A stretch of 64,000 nucleotides of DNA from Octopus sinensis (GCF_006345805.1 NC_043000.1:142042001-142106000), one strand, 5' to 3'. Positions 23,791 through 37,771 are shown, counted from the stretch's first letter. Notes: generated from the letters alone by a model not told the origin. Program-made: numbers and translations.

Positions 23791-25595
23791 CTGAAAAGTT
23801 GCATGGTGTATCCCACATAATGTCTTCGACTATATGTGTGTGTGTGTGTCGGGGTTCATGATTGTGTATGTGTATACATACATGCATACATACATCTACA
23901 GTATGTTCGGGCAGAATTTGACGGTTATGTTTAGTTTCTGTCCGGAACATATTGATGCATTGGTAAATAGTCAGTGGCGCTATAGGGGAAAAAATTACAT
24001 TTGTAGTTGAGAAAATGTTATTCTGAAGCCATCGGAATATTGGAAAAGATAGCTACATTTGTCATATTGATTCGCGCCAAGTATCAAAATGCCGATGTTA
24101 CGACTACTGCTCAGTGGTCTGCAAATATTGTAAAGGCTAAAGACGTGACATGGACGTCATAAAAATTAAGTTCCCCCAAACGATGATGGTTTTTCAGTGT
24201 GTCTCCAATGAGGTTGACGTCGTGCTACCCATCAACTTTGAACAGGGTCTTATGTGTGGGGGAGTAGCATATGTCATAAGTGGCCCAAGGCCGTTTGTGT
24301 TATTATAAACCATCCCAACATGAATACGAGCAACTGTACGACAGTAAATAACTGAGAGTTAAGGGGAGACTACCGTTAGAGGAGGTGGTTGCCAGGGCAT
24401 TTACCTTCAAATTATAATGCTAAATCTATCTTCTTGAATAGCCAGCTTAGATCCAAGTGATGTTTATAATTGACAAATAGTAAATGTTTAAACGTTCCTG
24501 AGTACATTCTGCCTATTAGACATATGAGAAGGTAAAAGCACAAAACCCCAAAATAGTTAAACGATTATAAGTTAAATCACTTGCTAATTACTAACACGCT
24601 TACAAATTCAGGATCCTACTATAGTTTACTAAATCCGACTTGATATATATTATCATCAATATTATATTGTTCATATTACTAAACTTGTCATTATATTAAC
24701 CCTTACTTGAGTGCAACATCAGGTCTACCACAAAACTTCGTTTCCATTCATACACATTATACCTAAGGGCAATACTATCTCATAGCAAAGCGTCTACTGC
24801 AGTACTGCGTACAAACAAATACAATCTACTGAAGTGTGCATTTAATACGCGTTTTCTATGAGCATTTTTACTTTTTTACTTTCTCCCCTTCGGTTTTTTC
24901 CCTTGTTTAATGGTCATTCTAATAGTACTTTTGTCTTAATAACGGTCAACTACATAGTAATTTCCCTTTGTGTCACAGTCATTTTCACAGCATTTTTTAT
25001 TGCCTTGATAACTGACGCGATGCCAGAGGAGATTTCCGCCCCGACATCCAAAACTAGGAGCATAATTATGGCAACCAAATAATTGTCACATGTTATATTA
25101 CAGATAAATTCCTCTAGTTACATAATATCGAGGTCTCATTCATTCTTTTGTTGTCATGTTATTTCTATCAATATATATAATATATAATAATTCTTTTATA
25201 TTATAATCATATAATATATAATAATTCTCTTTAATTCTTTCCTCCTTTTTTTCTCTAACTTTTTTGTCGTTTCTCTCTCCCTGTTTTCAATTTGACCATA
25301 TTTCTAGGTCAGTTTAAACACAAACCGTGAATCTGCTACAATCTATATACTGGGAATGACCAAATTTAAGAGAATCTTACATTGCTTATAAACTCTACAT
25401 CTATAAACTATGTTGGACATTTGGATTTTACTCAAAGGATATTGGAATATTACACACATAAATACCATTATGCCTATAAAACGGATTTACGAATTCAATA
25501 ACCCAACATATCTTACATCTATTTTCTTTCCTCCACTTCACTGTCTATTTGTATCACATCGAAACTAGCTATGGCTTAATTTTTCCTCTCACACC

Positions 25596-25647
25596 GTCTC
25601 CGATGAAGGTATATTATCAATTAATATCCTAGAAACAGCTGTAAGAC
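25596..25647 (+). ncRNA. Type I hammerhead-like motif (CCGAUGA core) at a probable PLE 3' end
   Basis: GTCT-CCGATGA-AGGTATATT(ATCAATT)AATATCCT-A-GAAA-CAGCTGTA^AGAC: stem I GTCT/AGAC, stem II AGG..ATATT/AATAT..CCT, palindromic stem III ACAGCTGT. (TA)n follows ~60 nt downstream. Confidence 0.65.
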
Positions 25648-25711
25648 CTCTTAACTATAAATGGTCTAATATCTATACAGCCTTGGTTTTTTTTATCTCA
25701 TTACGCAAAAA

Positions 25712-25757
<46 letters not shown>

Positions 25758-25955
25758 CATAATCAAAAAGGGTAATAACATAGGTTATTATTACCAGTGG
25801 CCTAGCACAAAAGACGAATTAGTCATTAGACAAAATATTATTCATATAGAAATATAATAAAAGGCTCCAAAATAAAGAAGCTTAGTGCTAGAGACACAAA
25901 GAGGGATAAAATCATGGAGAGAGTGAAATTCAAAAACATTTACCATTAACGATAT

Positions 25956-26035
25956 ATCCCGGACTGATCAGTTTCTACCTCTTTCTAGCAAAACAGACAG
26001 AATATGTTTGCCAAGGCAAGGTTCGTCAGCGGGAC
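25956..26035 (-). ncRNA. Type I hammerhead ribozyme (left arm)
   Basis: Reverse complement of 26072-26151 with one difference in loop II. Confidence 0.8.
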
Positions 26036-26071
26036 GCCTTCCTAATTATGTGCATCCAGAATTAGGAAGGC

Positions 26072-26151
26072 GTCCCGCTGACGAACCTTGCCTTGGCAAA
26101 CATATTCTGTCTATTTTGCTAGAAAGAGGTAGAAACTGATCAGTCCGGGAT
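26072..26151 (+). ncRNA. Type I hammerhead ribozyme (right arm)
   Basis: GTCCCG-CTGACGA-ACCT...AGGT-A-GAAA-CTGATCAGTC^CGGGAT: 5-6 bp stem I, canonical core, stem II ACCT/AGGT with an internal TTGCC/GGCAA hairpin, palindromic stem III ACTGATCAGT, GUC triplet. Confidence 0.82.
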
Positions 26152-26274
26152 ATATCGTTAATGGTAAATGTTTTTGAATTTCACTCTCTCCATGATTTTA
26201 TCCCTCTTTGTGTCTCTAGCACTAAGCTTCTTTATTTGGAGCCTTTTGTTATTTTATATATATATGTATATATA

Positions 26275-26371
<97 letters not shown>

Positions 26372-29300
26372 GTGTGTGTGTGTGTATATGTATATATATA
26401 AATGAGGCAATGCATTGCAAATAAACAATGACAGATAAAAACGTATACGTATACTGAGTGTACTACCGGACGGGAGACAGACACAGAATGCCCCTAATTC
26501 TTTATCAGTTATCGACCAAATGGTAATACTCAGTTTCGCATCCTACTTATGTTTGTGTGTCTGTGTATGTGTGTGAGTGTGTGATATACAGCCATAATAC
26601 TTTGTTTCTATATCCATCTACATACTCGTTTTGGCTCTGCCCCACTCAGTTGATATCACTGCTTTAGTAAATGGCGCAAACAGCAACAATATGAACAACA
26701 AATACGAACCTTTCCGAATCACAAACCTACAAGTCTAGAGTATAAAAACGGCTTTAACAGCAGGCTGAATTGAATTAAATTAATTAAATAGTTTTTGTGT
26801 AAAATATAAAACAACTGCCACTAACTGCTACCTAACATTCGAGACGTGAAATAAAAAAAAATTAAAAAAAAAGGAAAACGAATGTAGAAATCATATTTTG
26901 AAATTAAAATAATATGGTAAATAAAATGTGTCTTCTATATATTGATATCGTGCTTTTATATTTGTGTGTGTGTTTGTAGGTGTGTATTGTGTTGTGTAAG
27001 CCTTTGTACATTTGAGCTATTATTATATACGCACATATATCGATGCATAAACATACATGAAAGCAAATTGTTTTTAAGATACATTTACTATGTATGCATG
27101 TATGATACGTCAACGAAGACCATCTCGCATATACAGACACACATGCACACACAGGCTCACACAATTGCACAAACACATATATACATATACACTCATATGT
27201 GTCTGTGTGTATGTGTGTGTACATACATACCAATATTCATACATAGATGAAGCAAATAGAAAAAGTCAGAGATATAATGGAATTATCTATAAAAATGTGA
27301 TAAAGAAACATTGGGAAGTTCAGCAGGTGGAAACGTAATATATATAATACATTGAATTTTATCTTTTTGCAACATATTATATACTGAATGAAAACGAACC
27401 ATATTGATATATTACATTTAGTCTGGACTCTCATCTTCATTTCATGCATCTGATCTCTGTAAACAGTTTTCTTTTGTATATCATGTGTCTGCCTCCCGAA
27501 CATATGGCTTTAACATTATCCTATTTATTTAAATATGTATATTATAACATTGATGATTACAGCTCTTGGTTTTGCTTCCTATGAACAGGTGTAAAATATC
27601 GAAATGATAGATTGTCCTATGGGTTTGTGTCATCTTAAATACTATGTATATGAAATACTATGTATATGAAATATTTGTCTCTGAATTTTAAATTTCGTAA
27701 CTGATTTGGATGTTGCAACAAAATACACGCTTACATGTTAAATATATTCCGAATTAATATGCTTTACAATATTGAAAAGAACTCATTAAAGATATAAGGT
27801 ATAGAGTCAATATTATCTACTGGAACAATATCAGTTATGTTGTAACTTGCTGTAAAAACTGATAATGGTTCCATTAGAGAAAATATTTACGTTAATGCAA
27901 CCGAAACATATAAATATAAAAGAGAACTAAAATACTCCTCCTTTCTCTTGAGCTTTATCATCGCACTTTTTCTTTACTCTTTCCCCTTCCTCACTCTTTC
28001 TTTCTCTCTCACCGCGTCTCTCCCTCTACCTCCCCTATCTCCCTACTTTTCTCTTCCTCCCCCTCTCTCTCCCTCTCAAATGCGTATCTTCTATTAAAGC
28101 TTTTATGATATAAGTTGTTTTAATAAATAAGAATTACACTTACACACACACACACATGCATACGCACACACACATATATACATACATTTGTGTACTTTGC
28201 GTATGTGTGTGTGTATGTATGTGTGTCTCTGTGTGTTTGCGCGTAAGAGAAAGCGTGAGTGTGTGCATGTACGATATATGTGTGTGTGAGTGTGTGTGTG
28301 TGAGAGAGAGAGAGAAAGGAAGCATGATAACTATCAGGATATATATCCCTTTAAACTCGTTTTGGGATACACTCACACATACACACATATACACACACAT
28401 ATATATACATATATAGATATACATATACTACAAAATTTGTAAAGAACCAGAAGAAGACGTACAAAAAAAACCAAGCACAGTACAGTTTATATTCAAGAAA
28501 ATTAGAAAAAGCTTTTCAGTGCTTTTCAGTTTCGAGCATTTGTTCTTCTACAGAAAGAATAGTCGAGGAAATGAAAAAAAAATGGAGTTAGAAAATAAGC
28601 TTGTCTCAATAATTCTGGCAAGAGAGACAACTGTGATTTCAAATTGAGGCGTCAGATAACAAACGCGGTGAGCGAATGCTTGGGACGATGGTGTATATAG
28701 GGAAGAAAGACTAGAAGTCAGACATAATGGTGGAATGAGAGACATAAGGTAAAGAAGCAAACGAAAAATTAGTAGATTTGTAAAGTTGCAAAAGTCGTAG
28801 TAAATCAATGTCATATAAAGCAAAAACAGAGCAAAGTATGATTACGGAAGTTAGTAATCCTAAGAGTTTCTGTGGTAATCAGTGTGGTAATCAGAATTTC
28901 AGTGTTACCCGGTGTAGTTCAGTGAAATATAGTCCTTCACAGTTAGCAATTGTCCGTGATGAAGAAGATTGAAAAGAACGTGAGGCAGACGGAGAGAAAG
29001 AAGTTCAGGCTACCCAGGATCAAACTGGAGCGACCAAATGAACATATATAATAAATATAATCTGCATCATTCAAAATTAAAATTATAAAATTCATTATTC
29101 ATAAATGCTCTAACAGAAAATTAATAGGTAAGCTTATGCCAGCATAAATGTAATTTAGAGCGTATCATTATTATAATTAGAAATAATTGCAAATGTTAAT
29201 GGTTCAGATGGCCTATGTGGTTAAGGTCTCTCTACAACAATGCTGATTCAGCATATGTCTGATTCCACGGCACCTAGGATGTCTCCTACAATATATTCTT

Positions 29301-29438
29301 ATTGGACTCCCTCTGGTGAGCATATCTGATTGTCGGGGTCTTGTGAATCCTGTAATGCATGTGGATGAGTGTGTGGGTACGTACGCACAATACCCGAGTA
29401 TGGTCACATGCGACTGAATGAAACCAATGAATGTATAG

Positions 29439-29724
29439 GTGGAGGCACATGGCCTAGTGGTTCGAGCAGCGGACTCGCGGTCGAGGGATCGTGGATTCGA
29501 ATCTCAGTGTGTGTGTGTTTATGAGCGAAACACCTAAGCTCCACGCAGCTCCGGCAGAAGGTAATGGCGAACTTTTGCTGACTCTTTCGCCACAACTTTC
29601 TCTCACTCTTTCCTCCTGCATCATGCAGTTCACCTCCGACGGACCGGCGTCCCGTTCAGGTGGGGAATCTATACGCCAAGGAAACCGACCCTTATGAGCC
29701 AGACATAGCTCGCGAAGGAACAAA
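29439..29724 (+). mobile_element. tRNA-derived SINE, family A head with alternative tail; 14-bp target-site duplication (TSD)
   Basis: GGAGGCACATGGCCTAGTGGTTCGAGC..GGATTCGAATCTC head; flanked by CAATGAATGTATAG (29425-29438) and CAATAAATGTATAG (29725-29738). Confidence 0.85.
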
Positions 29725-30513
29725 CAATAAATGTATAGAAGACTACAGAAAACTTATATTACTCAGCATTATAAGGTAAAGATATGAATTGTAAGGAAAA
29801 AATATTAAATCAAAGACTAAAATTATTCTGTTTCTATATTTCAAAATTTTGTATGCGCGTGCATATACACACACACTCACACACACAGACTCGCAAATAC
29901 ACATACACTCACACACTCAATATTGTCCTGAATTGATGATTAAGTCTTCACTACTTCGTTACGCACCGTAACGCATATTTTATGCTGACGAGTTCAAATA
30001 ACAAAGAAACACATTTCAAGTTGCTCCACTCGCCGAATAATATATAATTATATCGGTTGCTGAGTTTTGTATTCTGAGCCGAACATTATAATTTCTGAAT
30101 AGATGGCTCGTCCGTTTTCCATTAAATGTAAATGCATTGCCACTCATCTATTATTTATTCTGCCATGCTGTTGTCGTCTATGCCTAAACAACATCCATGA
30201 TTTATATTTTACAGGAATTAATGTGCTCATACACTTTCTGAATAATATCATTTCTAATTTCCCTTTTATACTCACTGCACCAGCTTTAAATGCGCTTGCA
30301 CTAGCATGTCTTAACTCTTCCTATCAGTTGCAAATCTGATCTGAATTAAATAACCCTAAATATATGGAAAGTTACAAACACATATTGATATATCATATTT
30401 AGGGTCATTAATGTCGTCTTATTAGAGATTCAGCTGTGTTGGGGTTAGAATAGAGAGAGACAGAAAGAGAGATAGACAGACATAGACACAAAGAGACAGA
30501 GATAGATAGAGAA

Positions 30514-30556
<43 letters not shown>

Positions 30557-30579
30557 TATATATGAAAATGTTACATGTA

Positions 30580-31372
30580 CGAGGTTGTATCAAAAAGTTT
30601 CCGGTTTAGTTCTGTAGCGCGCCAACATATGGCAGCACACGGTTCCATGCGCAGTGAAGGCTAGCAGTGATCTCCATTAGATAGTGTGCTGAGTGGCATC
30701 ACTGTGTTTACTGATGTGAAATTTGTGTTTCTGTATTTACGTGTTGTGAGATTTGTGTTTCTGTGTTCACGTGAATGCTGTGGTCTGCTATTTTGTCATG
30801 GACAGGAAAAAAAAGCCAACGTGAAATTTTGCGTTAAACTTAGCAAGTCTGCTACAGAGGCATTATGCATACTTCGGAAAGCTTACGGTGATGAGGCGAT
30901 GGGTGGTACACAATATTTTGAGCTTCATGGGCGCTTTAAAATCGGAAGATCATCCCTGGAAAACGAAGCGTGATCTGAAAGACTTGTCTCGAGTATCACC
31001 GACGGAAATGTGGTATTGTGTATTGACAATTTGTCCCCCAGGATTAGACCGACAATTGCAAGAGTCCTACTGCGATATTTTGAAGCATTTGAGGGACGAT
31101 ATTGGGCGAAAGAGACCGGATCTGTGGAGCACGAAGAACTGGATTCTTCAGGACGACAATGCATCCTGTCATCCTGAGCTCTTCTCTCTCGTGAGTTTCT
31201 CCCCAAAAACAAATAGTATCGCCTCCGCAGCCGCAGTATTTGCCAAATTTAGAACATGTGAGCTTCTATGTCTTCTTCAAGATGAAAATGCAACTGAAAG
31301 ATCGCAGTTTAACACCTTTGACGAGATCCTGAGCAAATCGCCGAAGGCCCTCGACTGGCTTACGGAAAATTA
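30580..31372 (+). mobile_element. Internally deleted mariner (Tc1/mariner) transposon relic
   Basis: TA|CGAGGTTGTATCAAAAAGTTTCCGG left TIR. Transposase remnants: 'KANVKFCVKLSKSATEALCILRKAYGDEAM' (HTH) and 'DILKHLRDDIGRKRPDLWSTKNWILQDDNASCH' (catalytic region). Right TIR not seen. Confidence 0.85.
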
Positions 31373-31956
31373 AGTACCAATGATACACTGTAATCGATTT
31401 AACCAACTAGTCACCTCCTCAAACATTTTAGCCATTGTGCCTTTAGTAGAAAGGATTATTATTATTATTATTATTATTATTGTTATAACAATTATAATAA
31501 TGATAATGGGTATTATTAGTAAAATATGTGAATGTACTTTTTTGTATATAATATATATATAAATACACACATAGAAATGTATATGTATATATGTATATAT
31601 ATATATATATATACGACATTCAGGTCGGATTCTAAAAGTGACAGGCACACTGGGGCCGGTCTATTATTGTGCAAGGGGATTATTTCGGAGGTGGTGATGC
31701 TAAAACTTAGGTGAATAAGTTGTTTTATGTTAAACATTGTTAGTCTGGGAGCTCGTATATGTATGTATGCATAATGTTTAAGAATACATGCATTGATGCA
31801 TACAACTCTGCCCCTCCCCACACTCGTGGAAACCAAAACGCTTGAACTTTGCCATTCTAACAACTGCTATTGAAAAACTGCACGCAACAGAAATTATTGC
31901 ATGTGTTGTGTGTAGAGCCAGAGTAGAAAAACAATATTTCAGCATTCATGTACATA

Positions 31957-32341
31957 TGGAAGCACTCCGTCGGTTACGACGACGAGGGTTCCGGTTGATC
32001 CGAATCAACGGAACAGCTTGCTCGTGAAATTAACGTGTAAGTGGCCGAGCACTCCACAGACACGTGTACCCTTAACGTAGTTCTCGGGGATATTCAGCGT
32101 GACACAGAGAGTGACAAGGCCGGACCTTTGAAATACAGGTACAACAGAAAAAGGAAGTAAGAGTGAGGGAAAGTTGTGGTGAAAGAGTACAGCAGGGATC
32201 ACCACCATCCCCTGCCGGAGCCTCGTGGAGCTTTTAGGTGTTTTCGCTCAATAAACACTCACAACACCCGGTCTGGGAATCGAAACCGCGATCCTATGAC
32301 CGCGAGTCCGCTGCCCTAACCACTGGGCCATTGCGTCTCCA
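31957..32341 (-). mobile_element. tRNA-derived SINE, family A
   Basis: Full-length match to 41897-42263 on the opposite strand. Confidence 0.9.
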
Positions 32342-34149
32342 TGTACATATATAGACACCCTAACTGAGCAACATATTTTCAAAGCTCAGTAATTGTCTTA
32401 ATACAAAACATTATGTCCCTTTGTTACCCGCTGACTTTTATTTCAGGAAAAAGAACTTAAATCTCAAAGAAAACATACATACACGACAGCTTACATTTCA
32501 GCACTGATGTTAGAAATTCTACCTTTGTCAACTGGTTTGGTTGTTGTACGTAGTTGTATCTAGATGCGTATTTTACTGAGTTTGTTGCCTGATTGTGACT
32601 GTTGATGTTTGCATAAGTTTTTGCTAGTGCACAATAATGAATTGTACATCCCTTCCGAACTGTTATGCTCTTCTATAAGTGATACTGCAAATCATTGTTT
32701 TGTAGAAAGCCAAAAAACCGTAACAAATGAAACCTCGAATTGTATGAACATTTCGAAATTTATTTCAACTTAGAAACAATAAATGCAAACATGCCAATTG
32801 TAATGACATGAATTGAGAAGTAATACTGTTGTACAAAGGAACTCTTCAAATGCATTAAAAAGGAATAATCAATGAGAAAATAATTTCGTGGCTATTATAA
32901 AAAGTGATATAAATGTCTTGTATTATCGTTAGAATTGTAATTTATCATGTTTGATTTAAAATTTTATTTTAACAAACCATAAACAATATTTTAAAATTGA
33001 TACCATGATTAATTGTCTTTTATATTGATTTGTTTTATTTCCAACAGAAATAGTTATATTTAAAATTGAAGTGGAGAATATTTTAACCAGTTTTCGATAA
33101 TTGATTTTTCTCGACAAAATCTCAAGAATATTAAAATATTTTTTCCCATAAATTGGAAACGAATTTACTAGAAATATAATATTACTTCCACAAAATCGAA
33201 AACAATGGAAATTATATTTGAAGGTGAGTTATATTATTCTTCATTGATGAGGTAAATATTGACATTGAAAAGGAGCTTAAACTTCTAAAAAAATGTTAAG
33301 CTTAACTAGGATGAAGAGTATTGTCTATCAACATCCTTCTGAATTGTGTGGCCATGATGTAACATATAGAAGCATTCTCAAATTTTCTGAATTACTGTTT
33401 AACACAAATTAATCATGTTTCTTTGTTTATGATTTTAGTACTTGATATTACAAGTTCTTGTTTGTTTTTGGTTTGTATTTCGTGTAAGAGTGATTGTTTC
33501 GAACTTTTGATGCATTGAAATAAATGAATTTGGGCAATAACTAAATGAGACTCATAGAATTGGCTGAGAAGCATTTCATTAACGCGCAATTAGCATTATA
33601 TTACGGTGCGATATGTGTGTGGTGTATCTCTTATTACTTGTGTAGCCACTGTATCGAAAAACTGTAACAGATTCATTAGGCTTCATGAAACCTTATTTTT
33701 TCTTTGTTTTGGCTGTTATCAAACTAAAAGATAGCATCAAACAAGTAGATATGTGTTTACAGTTGGTGTTATAATTTCTTCATAAAATATGAATGTAATA
33801 TGATGTTTAATATTTCTTTCTGTATTTGATTTGCTATTATGTTGATGTGAAATCATGGGTTGAAATAAATGTTGTATCTTGAGAGTGTTATAATGCTAAT
33901 AAAACTCACACGCAGGGGTTCTATTCGATTTCTGTTATTATCATTAACCACATAACTAGACTTTTCACCAGATAAATAATTGATAATTTCATTAATTGTT
34001 TATTCACACTTAATTAAGGTATACTAAAGTCATTACGTTGCATTCCGGTACATTACAAATGACATGGCCTCGCTATTCTAGGTCTGTCTGTTTCAAGCTT
34101 ATCGATATAAATATACGAGAATAGTATTGCAAAGTCGTGTGTCTTTGAT

Positions 34150-34868
34150 TTGTAGTACTTCTCCCCTGTACTTCGATATTTGCGATGGCTGAAATGAAGG
34201 CACAACGTGCTTCCGTGATATTCTATTTTCTGCTGGGGAACTGTTGTCGTACTTCAAACAGCTTGCAAGGACGCTGCTATGAGCAAAGCATAAGTTTAGG
34301 AGTGGTTTTCATGCTTTGGAAATAGATATTTATTGCTTGAGGAAGAACCACGTTCCGGGTGACCGTCGACCTCCCAAGTGAATGAAAACATCACGAAAAT
34401 TCATGAACGGATCTTGGAGGATCGTTAGTGAAAAATTAATGAACTTGTCAATATGACTGGTGTGCCCTGGAGCATGTGACAACAAATTTTTAGCGGGGAA
34501 TCGAAATGAAAAGAGTTGCAGCAAAAGTTGTGCCTCACTTGCTCAAAAGCAGTCACGATTGAATGCCTGTCGCGAACTAAAAGAACAGTTAGAAGTCGAC
34601 CCGGACCTTTTTTCAAAGGTTAGCTCTGTTGACGGAAGATGGTGCTATGGAATTTGCAGATGTGGAGCAGGTGAAGAAAAAACGATAGAGGCACTAAAAC
34701 GCATCACTTCGCAAGTGTTCCAGCACTGCTTCGTATAGTGGAAAACGCCTCTGGACCGACGCATTGCTTTGAATGGAGAATATTTGAAGGCACTAAAAGT
34801 GTAAATGTGTAAAACTAAGTGAATAAAATAATATTGCAAAATTCTAGTGTCTTTTGGCTACCACCTCG
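34150..34868 (+). mobile_element. Second degraded mariner transposon
   Basis: Remnants 'MAEMKAQRASV..', 'TACKDAAMSKA*V*EWFSCF' and 'EEPRSG*PSTSQVNENITKIHERILEDR'. The right end TTTTGGCTACCACCTCGT resembles a mariner TIR; left boundary uncertain. Confidence 0.75.
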
Positions 34869-34870
34869 TT

Positions 34871-35495
<625 letters not shown>

Positions 35496-35688
35496 AAAAC
35501 AAAATCAGAGAAATTAGTGCTGGTCTCTGTATATTAATATATGTAAGTACATGCATTTCATACTCTTTTTGATTGTACATATTTACGAAACTACTAACCA
35601 TTTAAGTACTCCATTCCCTATTCTACTCTGACCAATAAATTTCCATTTACTTATTATTCTCTTTTCAATCTCGAAATTTTTTCCCCAT

Positions 35689-35860
35689 AGGCGCAGGAGT
35701 GGCTGTGTGGTAAGTAGCTTGCTTACTAACCACATGGTTCCAGGTTCAGTCCCACTGCGTGACACCTTGGGCAAATGTCTTTTACTATAGCCTCGGGCTG
35801 ACCAAAGCCTTGTGAGTGGATTTGGTAGACGGAAACTGAAAGAAGCCCGTCGTGTATATG

Positions 35861-35902
<42 letters not shown>

Positions 35903-36124
35903 CGTGTATGTGTATGTGTCTGTGTTTGTCTCCCTAGCGTTGCTTGACAACCGATGCTGGTGTGTTTATGTCCCCGTCACTTAGCGGTTCGGCAAAAGAG
36001 ACCGATAGAATAAGTACTGGGCTTACAAAGAATAAGTCCCGGAGTCGATTTGCTCGACTAAACGCGGTGCTCCAGCATGGCTGCAGTCAAATGACTGAAA
36101 CCAGTAAAAGAGAGAGTAAGAGTA
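35689..36124 (+). mobile_element. tRNA-derived CORE-like SINE, family B, full length
   Basis: AGGCGCAGGAGTGGCTGTGTGGTAAG (A box), GGTTCAGTCCC (B box), CORE-like CACCTTGGGCAAATGTC, internal (TA/TG)n and a GAGTAAGAG-type tail. Confidence 0.9.
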
Positions 36125-36951
36125 TAACATCCTTCTTTCTACACGTTTGATTTCTCTCTAAGAAAATTGTTGTTCAGAATTGTCAGTAAACCATTCTGAG
36201 AATAGCATTTCCACTTTAATATTTTTCGCCATATATTTATTGATATAAGATTAAGATTTTAGCACCCAACATATTTATATAAAATATCAAGCAGTATTTT
36301 TTAAGGGTCAAAGTTTGTGGAGAACAATTACACCTATTAAATATAACTCTGGAATATTTGAAGAAAAAATTGTTCTTTTGCTTACATGACATGGTCATGG
36401 ATAGTTGTGTGTTAATAATCAGTTTTCTACAGGATTCTAAAGGATCAAACAGAATGTATAAATTTATAAGTTATTGAAAGCAACTAAATTAATTAGGTCT
36501 GCGACCAAAACATTTCTATTTTTGTGAAGTTCATGAAATTTTAGCTGCTGAATTAAAACATTTCAAAGAAATTATCCTATCACGTACTGTTACTTCGCAA
36601 ACTCTATCATTGCATTTTACTATTTTACCCAATTTAGACGTCGTCGTTTATTTTACTATTAATTGCCTTATTTAAATAGATTATACAAGTGAAACTAATT
36701 GGCGTCATTTTGAAAAATAAGTATCGAACAATGTTTATACTACTTCAGCCACAGAGAGCGGTGTCTGCATCACTGTAGCTTTAGACGCTCATTAACTGAA
36801 AGAGAAAGATGCACTTTACAAGATCACGTTGCTTACGTTAAAACGTATCTTATTTCTTTTTCAGTTATTTTCTCGTGCCTTTCAGCAACGTTTACCAACA
36901 ACATATTGTTTTATTGCGCCATATTTACATTTCAGTGCTTCTTTAGATATA

Positions 36952-37188
36952 TACTCTTTTACTCTTTTGCTCTTTTATATATTTTAGTCATTTGACTGCG
37001 GCCATCCTGGAACACCGCCTTTAGTCGAACAAATCGACTCCAGGACTTATTCTTTGTAAGGCTGGTACTTATTCTATTGGTTCTCTTTTGCCGAACTGCT
37101 AAGTTGCGGGAACGTAAACACACCAACATCGTTTGCTAAGCGATGGTGAGGGGAACAAATACAGACACACAAACTTATACATATATAC
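36952..37188 (-). mobile_element. SINE family B 3' half
   Basis: Reverse complement matches 35925-36124. Confidence 0.8.
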
Positions 37189-37348
37189 GTCTCCTTGGTC
37201 CCCCAAGGCCGTATATTGTTCGACATTTCGTCTTCGTCCACCGTCCTAAATCCCACTCCGTGTCATTTTGCTTGATTTGCTTTGTTTGCTTTTGTCCCCT
37301 ATTTTCTCCACAATAAGACTTCGTGGTGATGATGAGGTCACTGCCAAT

Positions 37349-37771
37349 TACTCTTTACTCTTTTACTCTTTTATTTGTTTCAGTCATTTGACTGCGGCCA
37401 TGCTGGAGCACCGCCTTTAATCGAGCAACTCGACCTCGGGACTTATTCTTTGTAAGCCCAGTACTTATTCTATCGGTCACTTTTGCCGAACCGCTAAGTT
37501 ACGGGGACGTAAACACAACAGCATCGGTTGTCAAGCAATGCTAGGGGGACAAACACAGACACACAAACATACACGCACACACACACACATATATATATAC
37601 ATATATACGACGGGCTTCTTTCAGTTTCCGTCTACCAAATCCACTCACAAGGCTTTGGTCGGCCCGAGGCTATAGTAGGAGACACCTGCCCAAGGTGCCA
37701 CGCAGTGGGACTGAACCCGGAACCATGTGGTTGGTAAACAAGCTACTTAGCACACAGCCACTCCTGCGCCT
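37349..37771 (-). mobile_element. SINE family B, full length
   Basis: Reverse complement of 35689-36124 with high identity. Confidence 0.9.

Larger units (their letters stand above)
25753..26253. mobile_element. ~500-bp fold-back element with two outward-facing hammerhead ribozymes, flanked by (TA)n
   Basis: Arms ~25853-26047 and 26060-26253 are near-perfect reverse complements (about 2 substitutions and 1 indel) around a 12-nt spacer. The left arm extends ~100 bp further to the (TA)n ending at 25752. Confidence 0.9.

Noticed and set aside
26480-26560. Minus-strand permuted hammerhead-like motif (GAAAC..GTA..CTGATAA)
   Set aside because: G8 is lost without a compensating change at position 3 and stem II is not convincing; probably chance.
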